Shown here in pieces: positions 1 to 12,561 of a DNA stretch of 64,000 nucleotides (position 1 is its first letter; the number at the start of each line of letters is the position of its first letter). Source of the DNA: Dicyema japonicum (Eukaryota; Animalia; Dicyemida); assembly GCA_011109175.1 (NCBI GenBank), contig RDEW01000016.1, positions 422,811-486,810 of the forward strand, given 5' to 3'. The notes beneath the pieces were generated by a model. It did no database searches and had not been told where the DNA came from. It saw only the letters and a program-made list of their open reading frames with translations. The translations under genes and the position numbers were made by a program.

Positions 1-1400
1 ACACATATCTTTGGGAATTTTATATTTAATATTCGGCTTAGTAGGTCCATTAGCAAAGTAAACAACTGAGAAGAGAGTGAGTCTCTTTGCAAGATTCCTC
101 TTCTGAGTTTGCACTTTCCAATTTTTTTTGTTAATGTTCAAAATATCATTCAACTTGCTTATTAGATTCTTGATAAACTTCACAATCCATTTAGGAACTT
201 CAGAGCTATCTAGAACCCGACACAAAAATTCATGATTGACAGAATCGAAAGCCTTTTCACTTCAATCCATGTTGTGAATAAGCTATTTCCATGTTCAACA
301 TTAACACACTGATTTATTAAAGCCTGCTCCTTTGTACCATGGCACTGCCTTCTTACTCCAAGCTGATTATCAGAGATAAGATTGAAACCTTCAATGTATT
401 CCGCAAATTTTGTATTAACACATTTTGTGACAGGTTTGTACAATATAAGCATGCACGTAATTGGTCGTAAGTCATTCGGAGAACAGCAGTCTTCTTTTTT
501 CGGAATGAGGTACGTAATCTCAGTATAGAACCATCCTTCCGGGCAATATTCACCACTCACTATCTTGATAATCTCTCCACTCAGATAACTATTAATAGAA
601 TCAAATTTCCTGACAAAAAATCCATATACTCCATCACAGCCAGAGCTTTTCCAATTCGGCGTATAGTGAATAATGTTCTTAACAAACTCAACTGTCATAT
701 CTAGAAGTAACTCCTCTGTTCCTGTTATTCGCCTTTTAACAATATTTCTGTGAGAATAATTCTTATCCTTTTCTAATACATCTTTCCAAAATGACACGCA
801 CTCATCATCTGTAACTTTACAATCACTATTATTGAAGTTATCTATGAGCCTCCGATAAATCCTCCAATTGTTCAGCTCAAAACAAAAGTTATTCCATTTA
901 AAGGATTTTCTTGATTCATCAATTGAGATTTTTTTTCTCCATGATCTTGATTTTGTTTTCAATTAGGGTAGAAAGCATTTTCAGTACTCCCTTCTTTGAT
1001 TTCTTCTATCCAAACGTGCATAAAACATCAAGCGTTTTCTCCATTTCTTCCCTTGGCTGCTTCCCAGTAAACCCATAAACTAAGGCGCAATTTTCTTTGA
1101 ATTTTGTAATTCTTTTCTCCACGTTTTCCCTCCAACAGCTTTTTACTGATTGCTTCTTTGTCAAATTCTCATATGCGCATTGTGCAGCATAAATTATTCA
1201 GTAATCTCATTTATGTACGTTGGCGGAGATGATGACACATCATTTGATATCATTCCATTTAATGTAGTAAGAACATCTTTTTTAAGCAACTTATATGGAA
1301 TCTTCTGTGTGGGTTTCCTTCCATCTTGGGGAACTGATTTACATTCGATAGTTTTCTAACGACGAGTACTTATTTGAGTGGAGAAACGAGCATTGAATTG
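1..1400 (-). mobile_element. Degraded R4/Dong-like (RLE-type) non-LTR retrotransposon, N-terminal region and RT domains 0-3
   Basis: ORF 210-962 has RT motifs PNWKSSGCDGVYGFF, TYLIPKK..LRPITC, QLGVRRQCHGTKEQALIN. Upstream frames are broken. Clade assignment is by motif resemblance only. Confidence 0.7.
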
Positions 1401-2224
1401 CTGACGATGAGACTCCATCCACCCCGTGAAATTCTCCCTAATCTCCTTTTCTCAGAGTTGACAATTATTGAGATCCACTTGATCCTGTCACCTGATCGAA
1501 TCTCAGTGATTAATGCTTTGAAGGACAGCAGATGAGCGGAACATTTCCCACAAGAGATGAAATGCTAGTTCCATTGGCATCATGTAGTCCTGAAGATATA
1601 CTTCTCACCTGTAATTGGTTTCTATCTTCAATATTCTCTGTAAGACGACCCTCAGGATTTGCTTGCAAACTGGTGAAAACAGACATACACACCACCACTA
1701 AAACAAATTTTTTTACATGTTTGCTATTAATATTAAAATTAATTATATAAAAATTTATTTTGAAGCCTCGTGTAATTTTTGCAATCGTGTGGTTATGGCT
1801 CGTAAGCTTAGTTTTCTGAACGAGATATTGTAAATAAATACAAAATTAGTAAAGGTTGTTTAGTAATTTCAGTTTTTAGGCGCTGTATCACGTATAAAAA
1901 ATTATTTCAATTTATTTAATACTGGAACACTTCAAACAGATTTTCCCAGAAAAAAGCCAATGCTCTCTTAGTACTTTATTTCAAAAATTGGATAAAATTG
2001 TTTTTGAGACTGTACCAAGACAAGGGAGAATAAGGACATGATTCTTTTCTCAATCAGCGCTTGTGAAGAAAATTTGAATCCATTATTAGTGGGGAAATTT
2101 GAATCTCCATACTGCATGAAAAACTTTAACCCTAAGAACATGGAGTTTTCTATTCATCATCCAAAAATTCTTGAATGACATCAGAAAAATTTATTACTTG
2201 GCTCACCATTACAAATGAACAAAT

Positions 2225-2390
2225 GATTAAGCGATCTGATTCCCTAGACGACTCAAGAATTCCAGCGCTGCAGGCGCAAGGGAACCATACGTCTCAACGG
2301 CTAGTGGAACAAACAAAAAATCCTTGGTAGGACAGCGTACTTTTTCCGTTTCATCTTCTCGACCTTCTCAGCGGCAGAAAAAGCTCAATA
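2225..2390 (-). mobile_element. CRE-like non-LTR retrotransposon 3' (RLE) fragment
   Basis: Close DNA match to 24885-25010 (gactcaagaattccag...agtggaacaaacaaaaaatccttgg); encodes FLFVPLAVET. Confidence 0.7.
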
Positions 2391-3397
2391 TGAGACAGAT
2401 TATTTTCTGTATTAGAATAAAAAAATATCGTGTAATAAAATTTTTCTGTTTAAAAAAATAGATTAGTTATAAATAAAATAAATGGAATACACGCTTTAAT
2501 GTTCATAAAAATGCTTTACTTATTTATAAAATTAATGGAAAATACGTTAAAAGTATAACAATTTGAGCGTTTTCCTACATGCAGTCTAAGAAACAATTTG
2601 AAATTTTGATTCGATTAGAATTTTTAAGAAATTGAAAAATTATTCCTATTCGGTCTAAATACTATAGTTTTGTATGAGAACAATTTTTTAATTAAAAATT
2701 CGATGGAACATTGAATTCTTCGTTGATTTTCAAAGTAATTTGCTGTTGCTTATAAATTTTAATTTTAAAACTGAGACCCTACCGACTGTCATCAACGGAC
2801 ACCTATCTAAAATAAAATTGTTAATTATCAAAGATCTGTAAACTGTACGTAAGGAAGCGCAAAAAAAAGGCACATTGGGAAAAATGGTTTACAGCTAGAC
2901 ATCAAAAAAGAACCACGAATGGTGCTTAACATGAACTAAAAATCATTTCTAAGAATACGAATGAACAAATGTTGTCACTAAGTTAGGTTAATGCTGAAGG
3001 ACAGTTGAAATACAATGGCCCTTTCCTCGAAAATTCTATACACTCTGCCGTGGTTCTTTTTCAACTGGTCAATCCACAGTAAGTTGGAGATAGAAAGCAC
3101 GTCACAGTCTTTCATACAGACAGGCGTTCACTATTCGACAGTCTCCCAAACTGGTTTTAGCAATCTCTTCGGTCATTATTTCATTTGGTCTCCTATAAAT
3201 ATACAAAATGATCTACTCAGAAGGCATGGATATATGTACAAGTCCTCCTTAAAGAGTACGAAGTTAGTTAGTTAAATAAACCCCGCCTCACTAACATGTA
3301 GAAGGCAAGCGTCAAATGCGGGTCGCTCTAATTGAAGATCAAGAGAACAATTGGATTATTAACTCCCAGACATTTTAAAATTAATAAAAAATGAAAC

Positions 3398-4637
3398 TCA
3401 ATTGTCATCAGTAAGACTATCTAATGAATAAGAACCACCAGACCAACCATGAGAGAATATTCCACCATCATCAGAAGGTAAATGATCCTCATCAGAAATA
3501 AAGAAGAGGCTATTATCCACATTATTGATTTCACCCATGGCAGTCATCAACTCCTCATACTCTGACCGACACAGAAATCGCGTCAATAAGAATTTTACCA
3601 ACAAAGCTGAATGTAGGCAAGATTCTTGTAAACGAAATTAGTACAGTTCCTTGTATGGTAAGAAAAGTCATCAAAACTGGTAGGTTCCCTACAGGCTGGC
3701 TTAACCAAATGGGGGTCGTAAAACATCAACTTATCACCATGGTACCCAACTATATATATTCATGATGCGGTGGTTTACCACTCAATATTCCAATACATTG
3801 AGGGACCTCCAATATTTTCTGTTAACTCAGTCAACCACCAACCTTCAGTTTGGGAATATGATCTGGGATTAGATACTGAGAGAATAATTGGTTGTTGACA
3901 ATCAAAATGGCGGTCTTCCATTCTCCCTCTGAACCACTACAAGCACTCACTAGATATTATAAAAATAAATTCCACCAATTTCTTTCTTCATTAAAAGAAC
4001 ATTCCAACTAAGGATCAGGAAGTCCTGAGGAGATTCAGCAATTATATTCCTATTGAATCAGAATCAAGCAAACGCTCCAATATTAGCCACCGTTGATCCC
4101 CCAAATTTGCAGCCAGACTTGTTTATAAGTCCCCGAATTTACAGCCACCTTTACTCAAAAATGACAAAATACAAAAATTGTGTATCGAAAAAATCGATTT
4201 GGGAAAGTCGAGAAACATGGACACACATCGCATATAATTTTCTCCCATTTTTCCCGCCAACCATTTAAAATCTGTTTAATTCACAAATTACTATTTTCAT
4301 GCCGAATTGCTAAAATCCCATTAGAAAGAGCATTTGTGCACACCGGATCATGCAACCCCAGCCAGTGTCGGTCGTGAGCTGAGCTAAAATTACAAAATTG
4401 GAAACTCTCTCCAATTGGTGGAAATCCACTTCTATAACAGATATAGACTTTTGAAAGGACATCCTCGTCAAATCTGCATTTGTCTTTAAGTGAGATAATA
4501 ATGGTACCAGAAGGGATTTCGTATTTTTTTGCCAAAAAACCAACACTCCGACTCGATATTTGTTTGGTTAAAAAACTGGGTGAGATAAAACCATACTAAA
4601 GCTTATTTTTTATATTACTGTTCTGGAAGTTGTCCAT
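3398..4637 (-). CDS. ATG4: Cysteine protease ATG4 (peptidase C54), multi-exon, with several apparent 1-2 nt indels
   Basis: Spliced product contains YRSGFPPIG, TDTGWGCMIRCAQM (catalytic Cys), SIHNF, CIGILSGKP, YIVGYHGDKLMFYDPH (catalytic Asp/His). Introns 4596-4618 (23 nt), 4484-4507 (24), 4384-4405 (22), 4272-4291 (20). The 3' half of the exon structure is not fully resolved. Confidence 0.9.
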
Positions 4638-5039
4638 TGCTAAAAAACCCCACTAGAGTAAATCGATTTTAAATTTATTTATTTCTTTTAAATATTTTTA
4701 TAATTATTATTCTTATTTTGATTAGTTTATTAAATTTATCTATGGATTTCTTACGTCCAAATTAAGATGGTCAGCTCTAAAATGCAATGGTGGGCAGCAA
4801 TGGAAAGTGCGTTTCAACTTCACGTTGAGACAAGCGGCCGATTCAACTTGCACAACAGTAAATGGTTGCCATTTGATTAATATTAAATTAAACAAATTTA
4901 ATTATTAATAGCTGATATTTATAAATCACTTTATTCTCACGTTAACTTTAATTTATTTTTTTTAAAGCCTTTTTCACGAGAGCCATAGTATTTTATAGCT
5001 CCGCATAGGCAGGACACACACTTTATTTAAGTAAAGAAC

Positions 5040-5172
5040 AGTTAATTTTAACTAATCGTAGAACCAAGGAATGATCTTCACTTCTTTTTTTTCTTTTTCT
5101 TGTGTGAGTGTCCTTTCTAGACAAATCCAGTTCCGCAGTGAGTATTCACTGATGACGGCGTCACTCGTCAAT
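5040..5172 (-). mobile_element. tRNA-derived SINE, 3' half
   Basis: Shared core ttccgcagtgagtattcactgatgacggcgtcactcgtcaa and tail gaaccaaggaatg, as in the other copies. Confidence 0.8.
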
Positions 5173-5229
5173 TTATTTTTTGTTCTCGGATTAATTAATT
5201 TAGTGTGGCACTACGTGGTCTACCGATTC

Positions 5230-5500
5230 AACAGGATTTGGAATCGACCAGGATCACCTAGTGCACTCCAAAAAAGACCTTTAGACCCTCTCCTTTAGGG
5301 GACATTCTGTTTCCCGTGCGATGTGTTTCGCGAAAAAACGAACTTTCCCGATGAAACCCTCAGCCCAACTTACTTATTTTGGGGTGACAGTCTATCACCA
5401 CACGTAGAAAATATTCTTGTGATATGTGAAAAGAAACTGAACGTACTGAAAAGTTCATTGGGTATATGGAAAATTGGTACTCCCGGTCCAGATAACCGTG
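5230..5500 (+). mobile_element. LINE RT C-terminal fragment (same family as 14030-15755)
   Basis: LSPHVENILVICEKKLNVLKSSLGIWKIGT matches LSPHVANIVLKCEKRINVLKCLSGIWKTGT of ORF 15043-15702. Confidence 0.65.
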
Positions 5501-6859
5501 TACGGAGAGTGCATCGAGGCATGTTTCTCATATACTTACGCCTAGTAGGGACCATTCGTATCTTAAACAAATATGAGGAAAGTCGAATTAAGGATATCTT
5601 TTTATTAATTTTTGGTTTTTAAATTCTAATAATTTACATTTTATTTCATAGTACTCTTTATATGATCTTGAGTTGTTGTCTTTACATTTATATTCAAATG
5701 TGACATGTTCCTAAATTTGTTATAAAATCACACCCGAAGTCTAAATGTCGGTTATTATAGGCCACCATTTCCAGTAAATTTATTATTATCATTTGTTTTC
5801 TACATTTGGAATTTCATATCTTTTATTTTTATAATTCTATTTTTAGGCATATTTAGTTTTTTACTGAAGTTATGAAAACCGATATTTGAAATATTTATAT
5901 TATGTACAAAATGATTTATATCAGTGGAAGCCCATATTAATCCCAAAGAAACGCCATATACATTAGTTAATATGAATTTAACGACTATTAAAAAAGATAC
6001 ATTTTTCTCCCTTGTAAGGATATAATCAAAACGTCCTATTGCTCGGAAATTGAAAATCGCATTGAAATCTTTTTATTTCGTCTTTATTAAAGTAATTTTT
6101 TCTTTATTTAACCAGCAAAAAATTTATTCTTTTATTTAACACTTCCATCCATCCAAAGTGGACACAGCCGACACTATCGACGTTGCGTTGCCTCTCACGA
6201 TTGCAACAGAGATCAACTGGAGAAGCCACCGGGTCTCACGTGCGTCGTGAAAAAGGCTGTTATAGAACATGATGAGAAATCAATGGTGGAGAATATTTTG
6301 TTTTAGAAATTTTTTCAACTCACATTTTTGATTAGTTTATAGTAATTGACACAACCTGAACGATAGAACCGCTTGTGTCTGAGAAATGAGGTTTATGTTC
6401 TCCGGATATAGACCATTAAGTCCACCATCGCTCCAAGTAAGAAAAAGAGAATCTCATCAATAACCTCCTCTTCAAAAAACAAGTGAGAAGCAAAATAAAC
6501 ATACTCTTTCCTCAGAGTAACCTAATGGTGTTCCTTAGAGGCAGTCTGTTACAGAAATATTTACAGTTTCGGGGATACTAACTAGGATTCTTTTCGTGGA
6601 TGAAAGTGTTGAGATGAATTCTACTATGAGACATGATTGACAGTGTCAGTTTGTAATGAAAGAGGGGACTCTTTTAGTCATTCAGACAGACCATTTTAAA
6701 CTTCAATAAAAAACACTCCAGTTGATATGCTGATTTATTTTAATACTATTTTTTTCACTTCTTGCTCTTTTTCAAAGCACACCAACCAAAAGACGAGTGG
6801 GATTTGAGAAATAGCCATTATAAAATAAAAAAAATATTTATTACGCAACAATGCAATCA

Positions 6860-7400
6860 AAATAATCCAGCTGATAGTATGAAATGGTTGTTTCCCCTGA
6901 CAACCACCAAATAAATCATTTGGAACAACCAACGACCCTCATTACTCACAAAAAACAAGTGATCTTAGAAAAGAGACCGTCTTGGGCACGAAGACTCGTC
7001 TCGATAACAACTGACTGTACAAAGAATCTGGTGGAGAAGCAATCGTATTTTCTTAATTTGAATTTCTCGATATCCAAGCAGCCTCCCCAGTTTTCAAAGC
7101 GGAATCAATAAGTTTCAACTGGGAAAGGTATCGGTACAGGCGACATTCCAAATAAATCATTTTCTAGAGAGAAAGGGTGAATGTTTCCCTTTTCCAGCGG
7201 TTTTTATTTCCTACGATCAAGGACTACTGGTTCCAGAGTGACAGAAATCCAGTCACTTCAAAAGAACGCTTCACAACCTTGTTGATGGCAGCATACTTCG
7301 GTAACAAGCAAATTCAGAGACGGTAAAAGAGCGGGTTAAGTTCTTTGCAATCAACAACAAATTCATCGGCACAGATGAGGCCGTCGCAAGTCGATCCCGA
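6860..7400 (-). mobile_element. CRE-like non-LTR retrotransposon RLE domain remnant
   Basis: Frameshifted minus-strand translation gives YAAINKVVKRSF..LEP...IWNVACTDTF...KLRKY...VIET...WLFQMIYLVVVRGN, the same C-terminus as the other CRE-like copies. Confidence 0.6.
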
Positions 7401-7414
7401 GACGATTGGATATC

Positions 7415-7566
7415 CCATTTCGCAGTGAGATGTTCACTGATGACGGCGTCACTCTTTAAACCAAACAACGTAGATACGTAAAACCTCAACCTGAATGTAC
7501 AGCAGCGAGATTCGAACTAGGGTGCATCAGACCTTTTGCCTGACACTCTTTACTTACCCCTATCCC
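7415..7566 (-). mobile_element. tRNA-derived SINE, 5' half
   Basis: B box (ctagttcgaatctcgctg on the minus strand) plus the shared core. Confidence 0.8.
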
Positions 7567-8537
7567 AAGAGGGATGGATTATTTTATGGACCAAAAGTAA
7601 TGTTGTTGTGTTAGTAAAGATTGATATGTTTATCACGAATCCCGAGGAAAACCTCGTTAGCGTGGTACCATAAAACTTGACTTTTAACTTCCTGAGCAAT
7701 TCGAACTTGTGTATACAATGTAAGATCAAATAATCGTGGTCATTGAGATTTATGTGATATTATTTAGTGATTAGCAAGAATTTGAGCGACCAGTNAGATC
7801 TGTCCACTTTCTCTATAAACAGCGTATATCAGTTCTAGAAGAACGGGAAGCGCTTCTAGAAGAGGACTCAAAAAACTGGTAGTTTTCTCCAAAGTTGATG
7901 ACTCATGATTGAAATGAATCCGTTACTTTTTTCGGATTAAATATTATAAATTTTTTACATTAGTATTATTTTATAAATCTTATTTAAAAAAAATAAATTT
8001 AAAGAAATTAGGATCTTGTTGAGCATCTTCTTTCTTTTTTTGAATGTAAAGGTTTAACTTAATTCAAAGTTAAATTATTGACCTAAACAAAATTATAATC
8101 GACTAAACCACCTGATCGAAAACTATTCAGATTACAAGGACTTTATAAGACTGCCTCTTTTCACACAGCTTTTAGTATTTCAAAACTCAGTGCTCTTACA
8201 GTTATGAAAACCCTTCAATTTCGAAAAATTATTCCTTTATTTTTTGAAATATAATAAAGGCAGTAACACATAGATTTAGCTCCACTGCATATTCTGTTAA
8301 GTGCGTAAATTGAGGCCATTTGACGTTCTGATGAGTTTCTTCATTAAGAAAAAATCAGATGTTTTTTGCCTAAAGTAATACTTTTGTAATTTTTTTGCTA
8401 TTTTCCACCTTTTGTATCAAATTTACTGACTTTGAATAAATCCGACCTCATTGAGTGTTCTCTGACTCTTTCGAATCGAGGATGTTCAAAACTACAAAAT
8501 CTTTGCACAAAATAGGGAATAGTCATGCAATAATGAA

Positions 8538-8670
8538 ACACTGATGACGAGGTCACTCGTCAACACAGGAGATCGTAAAAATGTGGAACTTCAACCAAAT
8601 TGACAGCAGTGTGATTATAACCCGGTACTTCATGATTTGGCGCGGAACTTATTACACTGAGCTATCTGAT
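8538..8670 (-). mobile_element. tRNA-derived SINE, diverged copy
   Basis: cactgatgacgaggtcactcgtcaa core followed by decayed head similarity. Confidence 0.6.
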
Positions 8671-9029
8671 CATTAATTACATTGATGAAATCAAAAATCG
8701 GTGTTTTCTGTTCAATTAACGGTAGGTGGTGAGGAGTGATTGTAAAAATAAACAAAAGTATGTTTTCTAAACGAAAGAATAATTGACCCAGCAATGGCTA
8801 TTTGGAGTAATTTGCTAAGAAACTAAATAATGTTTCATCATTAAAATTCTTGCTCGCATAATGGTACCGATTACCAAAGGGATAAAAAACAATGAAAAGT
8901 TGGCTCAAATCTTATATCAACTGTTAGCGAGGATGTTCAACAAAATCTTCATAATGTAGGTTTTGTGCATGGCAGTCAACTATTGGCAGCTTAAAAAACC
9001 AAGCAAGACATACTTTTTAAGTAGAAACT

Positions 9030-9265
9030 GTTATGATAACTAATTGTACAGAGAACCAAGGAATGCTGTTTTTTTCTTTTTGTTGTGTGTGAGTCCTTTA
9101 TAGACGAACCGGTTCCGCAGTGAAATGTTCACTAATGACACCGTTACTCGTCAAGCCAAACCATCGTGGATGAGTAAAACTTTCAGCGAAAATGTACATC
9201 AGCTAAATTCGAACTAAAGGCAATCAGATTCTGTCCCGGCACACGTTACACTGCACCATCGGAAA
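9030..9265 (-). mobile_element. tRNA-derived SINE, near full length
   Basis: On the minus strand: A box-like tggtgcagtg, B box gttcgaat, core, A-rich stretch, and tail cattccttggttctc..attagttatcataac. Confidence 0.85.
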
Positions 9266-9729
9266 CTTTAAATTATAAGACTCTACTACAGATTGTTTTA
9301 CAATTGATCCAGCAGATGCTGGAACTCACTTTCATGTATCAAAAATCAATTTACTTTAACTTTTATAATTTATTATTATTATTAAAAAACACTCCCGAGA
9401 AAACATAAAATTAGTAAAGCTTCTTTTGTGCTGTATTCCGAATCATTTTCTCCGTCAGCTTCTACCATGATCGTCTGTTGATGACTAGTTCTCTTAGGTA
9501 GTCTAGGTCGTCCGCCATTTCCATTATAATATGTCACGAGCCTAGGCTGTTACCGAGCCTAAGTGGTTACACTTCGCTTATTTTTCGATAAATATTGAAA
9601 ATTAACTTATCTTTGAGATAAATAAAGGAAATTAAATTTTTTTATTAAATAAATTGGGTTTTATTTCAAAAAAATTAATTGACAAGCTTTTTTAACCAAC
9701 TACAATATATCAAATGATATCCGGACTCA

Positions 9730-10900
9730 ACACATTAACCAGCTCACTATAAGTGCACGTAATCTGTCATCCATCGATTCATCCGAAAACAGCTAAAATG
9801 TGCAAATAGAACAAACCTTTTTAATTAAATGTGGAAACATGTTAACTACATCAGCACTCATACCACTATTCCGCAACAGGCAAACAATTCCTTCCAATTT
9901 TAAAATTACCTTACTCATAACATCATAGGAGTGACATACATTTAGTAAATAAACCAACGCAGAATGCATTCAATGTGGCAGTCCTAGCCAATTAAACTTC
10001 ATTCTGAATATTTAAGTCAAGTAGCCTCTATCAAAGAAAACATTTATTTGTGGGAAACTGAAGTATTAGGGGAAAGTAGCTTGTTTGAAACATCAGCTGG
10101 GAAATTCTGGTTAAAATATAATTTTAGTTCTTCCAAATGCAAAGCACTCGGTTTGTCAAATTTCCATTTTGTGAACTATTTTAATAAAACTTAGAAATAC
10201 AGTCACTTGTTTTGTCATGGAACTCGTATTGGCAGGAAAATTCTAAAATTAAAAAGTGAATAAACAAATTTTATATTTCTCTCCTGTTGATCTTCGTCAG
10301 AAGTATTCTTAATATTAAAATTTATCAATTACAATCGATATTCGTTCTATGCGTCTGAATTTCTGAATAAGAGGTGTCGCTTCTTTTTCCAGCCCAGATA
10401 GACTTTCCCCAACTGGCCGATATTTCAGACTAAAATGAAAATTTCAGAAAACCGGTTAGATTTTAAAAGACTCAATCCGTAATTTGGATTTTTCAAATTC
10501 CACGAGATGATCATTCTAAATTTATAGATTAGTTTGACTTTCTTTCGTTTGTGGTTGTTTAAATTTGAAATGTATTTTTTCTACACACTATCTCAAAACA
10601 ACAACGAAGGCATAAATTTCACTGAAAGAAGCAGTCCTTACTTCATCCAAAGAGTTGCAAGTCAACTTTAGAAATTATACAAAACAAACTTTAACAAGTT
10701 TTTTTTAGGATTGAAAATAATATTATTTGTGGAATTTTCGTTGAAAGTTGGTTACGAAGACACAACAGATATTGATAAATGATATTTGTGGTCTCAATAA
10801 GTATAAACGTGTTTTTCTCATCAAAAAGTATTATCAATTTTTCAAATAACTCTCAGGGTTCGTCTAAAGTTATAACAGTAAAAAAGCAGTGTAAGCTATT
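9730..10900 (-). CDS. CKAP5: CKAP5/XMAP215 (ch-TOG/Msps) family fragment: end of one TOG domain, linker, and TOG5; contains stops and frameshifts (error-rich sequence or pseudogene)
   Basis: Manual splicing of 23-25 nt introns gives DEKNTFILIETTNII..EVRTASFSEIYAFVVVL, KWKFDKPSALHLEEL (cf. KWNFTTPRDEYIEQL), CILRWF (cf. LILKWL), MFPHLIKKLF..DRLRALI (cf. FIPYLVVKVG..DVRAIL). Reference motifs are from memory. Confidence 0.55.
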
Positions 10901-12561
10901 TTGATGATTAATTACAAAATATTTCCCAGATCATAATTGTGACTGAAAGAGACAAATAAAATATATGAGGTTAATTGTATAAAGCACAGTAAAACAAAAA
11001 ATATGATAAANTGATGGATTCTGAGGAAATTGTGAGAAGGGCTTTTACGAGTGTTGGTGGATAAATGTGATGCTCTGTTGGAAGCTTTTGACTTATTTTA
11101 GTTTTTATTGTGTGTGTTGTATTTTTTGATTTTTTATTTAATTTTGAAAATTAATAAACTGTCACGTGCGCTTATGTAGTTGTAGTTCTTGTGGATCGTC
11201 AAAGTAGTGGAACTCTCTCATCAAACAGAAGTCAATCTGACCAATAAGACGAGGAGTTGCACATAAAAGCCCAACAAACCACGAAAATCAGAGGAATCCA
11301 TGAACCCCCAAATTTTGTAAAAAACTCAAAATCTATGTACGTGAGTTTTCAGTTTTCTGAAATGACGGGTATTACGATTAATAAAGTGGCAAATATACTT
11401 AGCATTACCATCTTCCAACATAATAAACTATTCATCCTTCAACCACAAGCTATGCTCCCACACCCTTACTCTCATAAAGGAGAGGAATATACTTAAACAG
11501 TTGAGAACTGATGGTGCATGCACTATTGACTATAAACAACTTAAAATCTCCATTTTACGGAAAATAGGACTACAAATAAACAAAATGGAGTCGCCTAGGA
11601 TCAACACTCACCCATTCAGACGAATGTCAATTTCCAACACGACATTTTGCATGTCCAATAAGTGTGGAAGACAATTTGCTCCCTACAGATTGAGTGTTTT
11701 CATGTCACTTAAAGCCCCAGGCAAGATCGGTACTGAGTTGGGGAGAGTATACCTGGCGAACAGCTGGTCGCGAGGTCGTTGCTACAAGGATGTTCCCGGA
11801 GGTCCATCTGGGACATGTGCTTATAGCCTCCTCAAAGAACCCAAAAAAAATTTGTGTGATACTAACAGGATGTAGGACTGATCAGGCCATATTTTTATCA
11901 ATCCTTCGTAGACTTTGTTACGGTTAGCTTCAAATAGTGTGACAAAAATTAACCATAAAATTAACAATTAATTTTTGCCACACCTTGGGGTTTTAATTTT
12001 TGAGTTTTTTTAATTCAATCTGATAACCTGCATTTAAAAGTGAAGGTTCGTGAAATTCAAAATTTGCCTCAAAAATAAAAGATCTCCAATCCTGGAAGGA
12101 TTTGTTCTCTCTTTTAATTAATTTATTTTCCCTCTTTCTCAAACTTCGGAATAAGCTCTAATAACATCTAATTTGGTGTAGAGGATTTTCTCGAGCGTCC
12201 TACATGTCACGAAAGTGAGGTTAAGACCTACATATTTGGTGGAGGATTGTCTTGCGCTTCCTACATGATGGACCCGAAGGAATCTGGTTCCGCGACTACG
12301 GGTCATAGTGGGAGCAAATGGGAGACTATAGACGTTGGAAGGTTCGTTTGATTACGAGAAATGGGATTACCCAAACTGTCTGAAGTTTTTTGTCTTTCTT
12401 CTCGGTGATCCAGGGGTTCTAAATAACTACATGGTGGAGGTTTAGACCTTCATATTTTTACATGGCGTAGTAATAATGGTTTCCAAGTGGTTTAATGCAT
12501 ATTTAAAAAATCGACCGCAATAAATTATTAAAAAATGGTCGTTTATTTTTGACATTTTTAG

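Noticed and set aside
11200-11960. Minus-strand membrane-protein gene ending in DERVPLL
   Set aside because: Hydrophobic stretches are visible, but I could not build a consistent spliced frame or assign a family.
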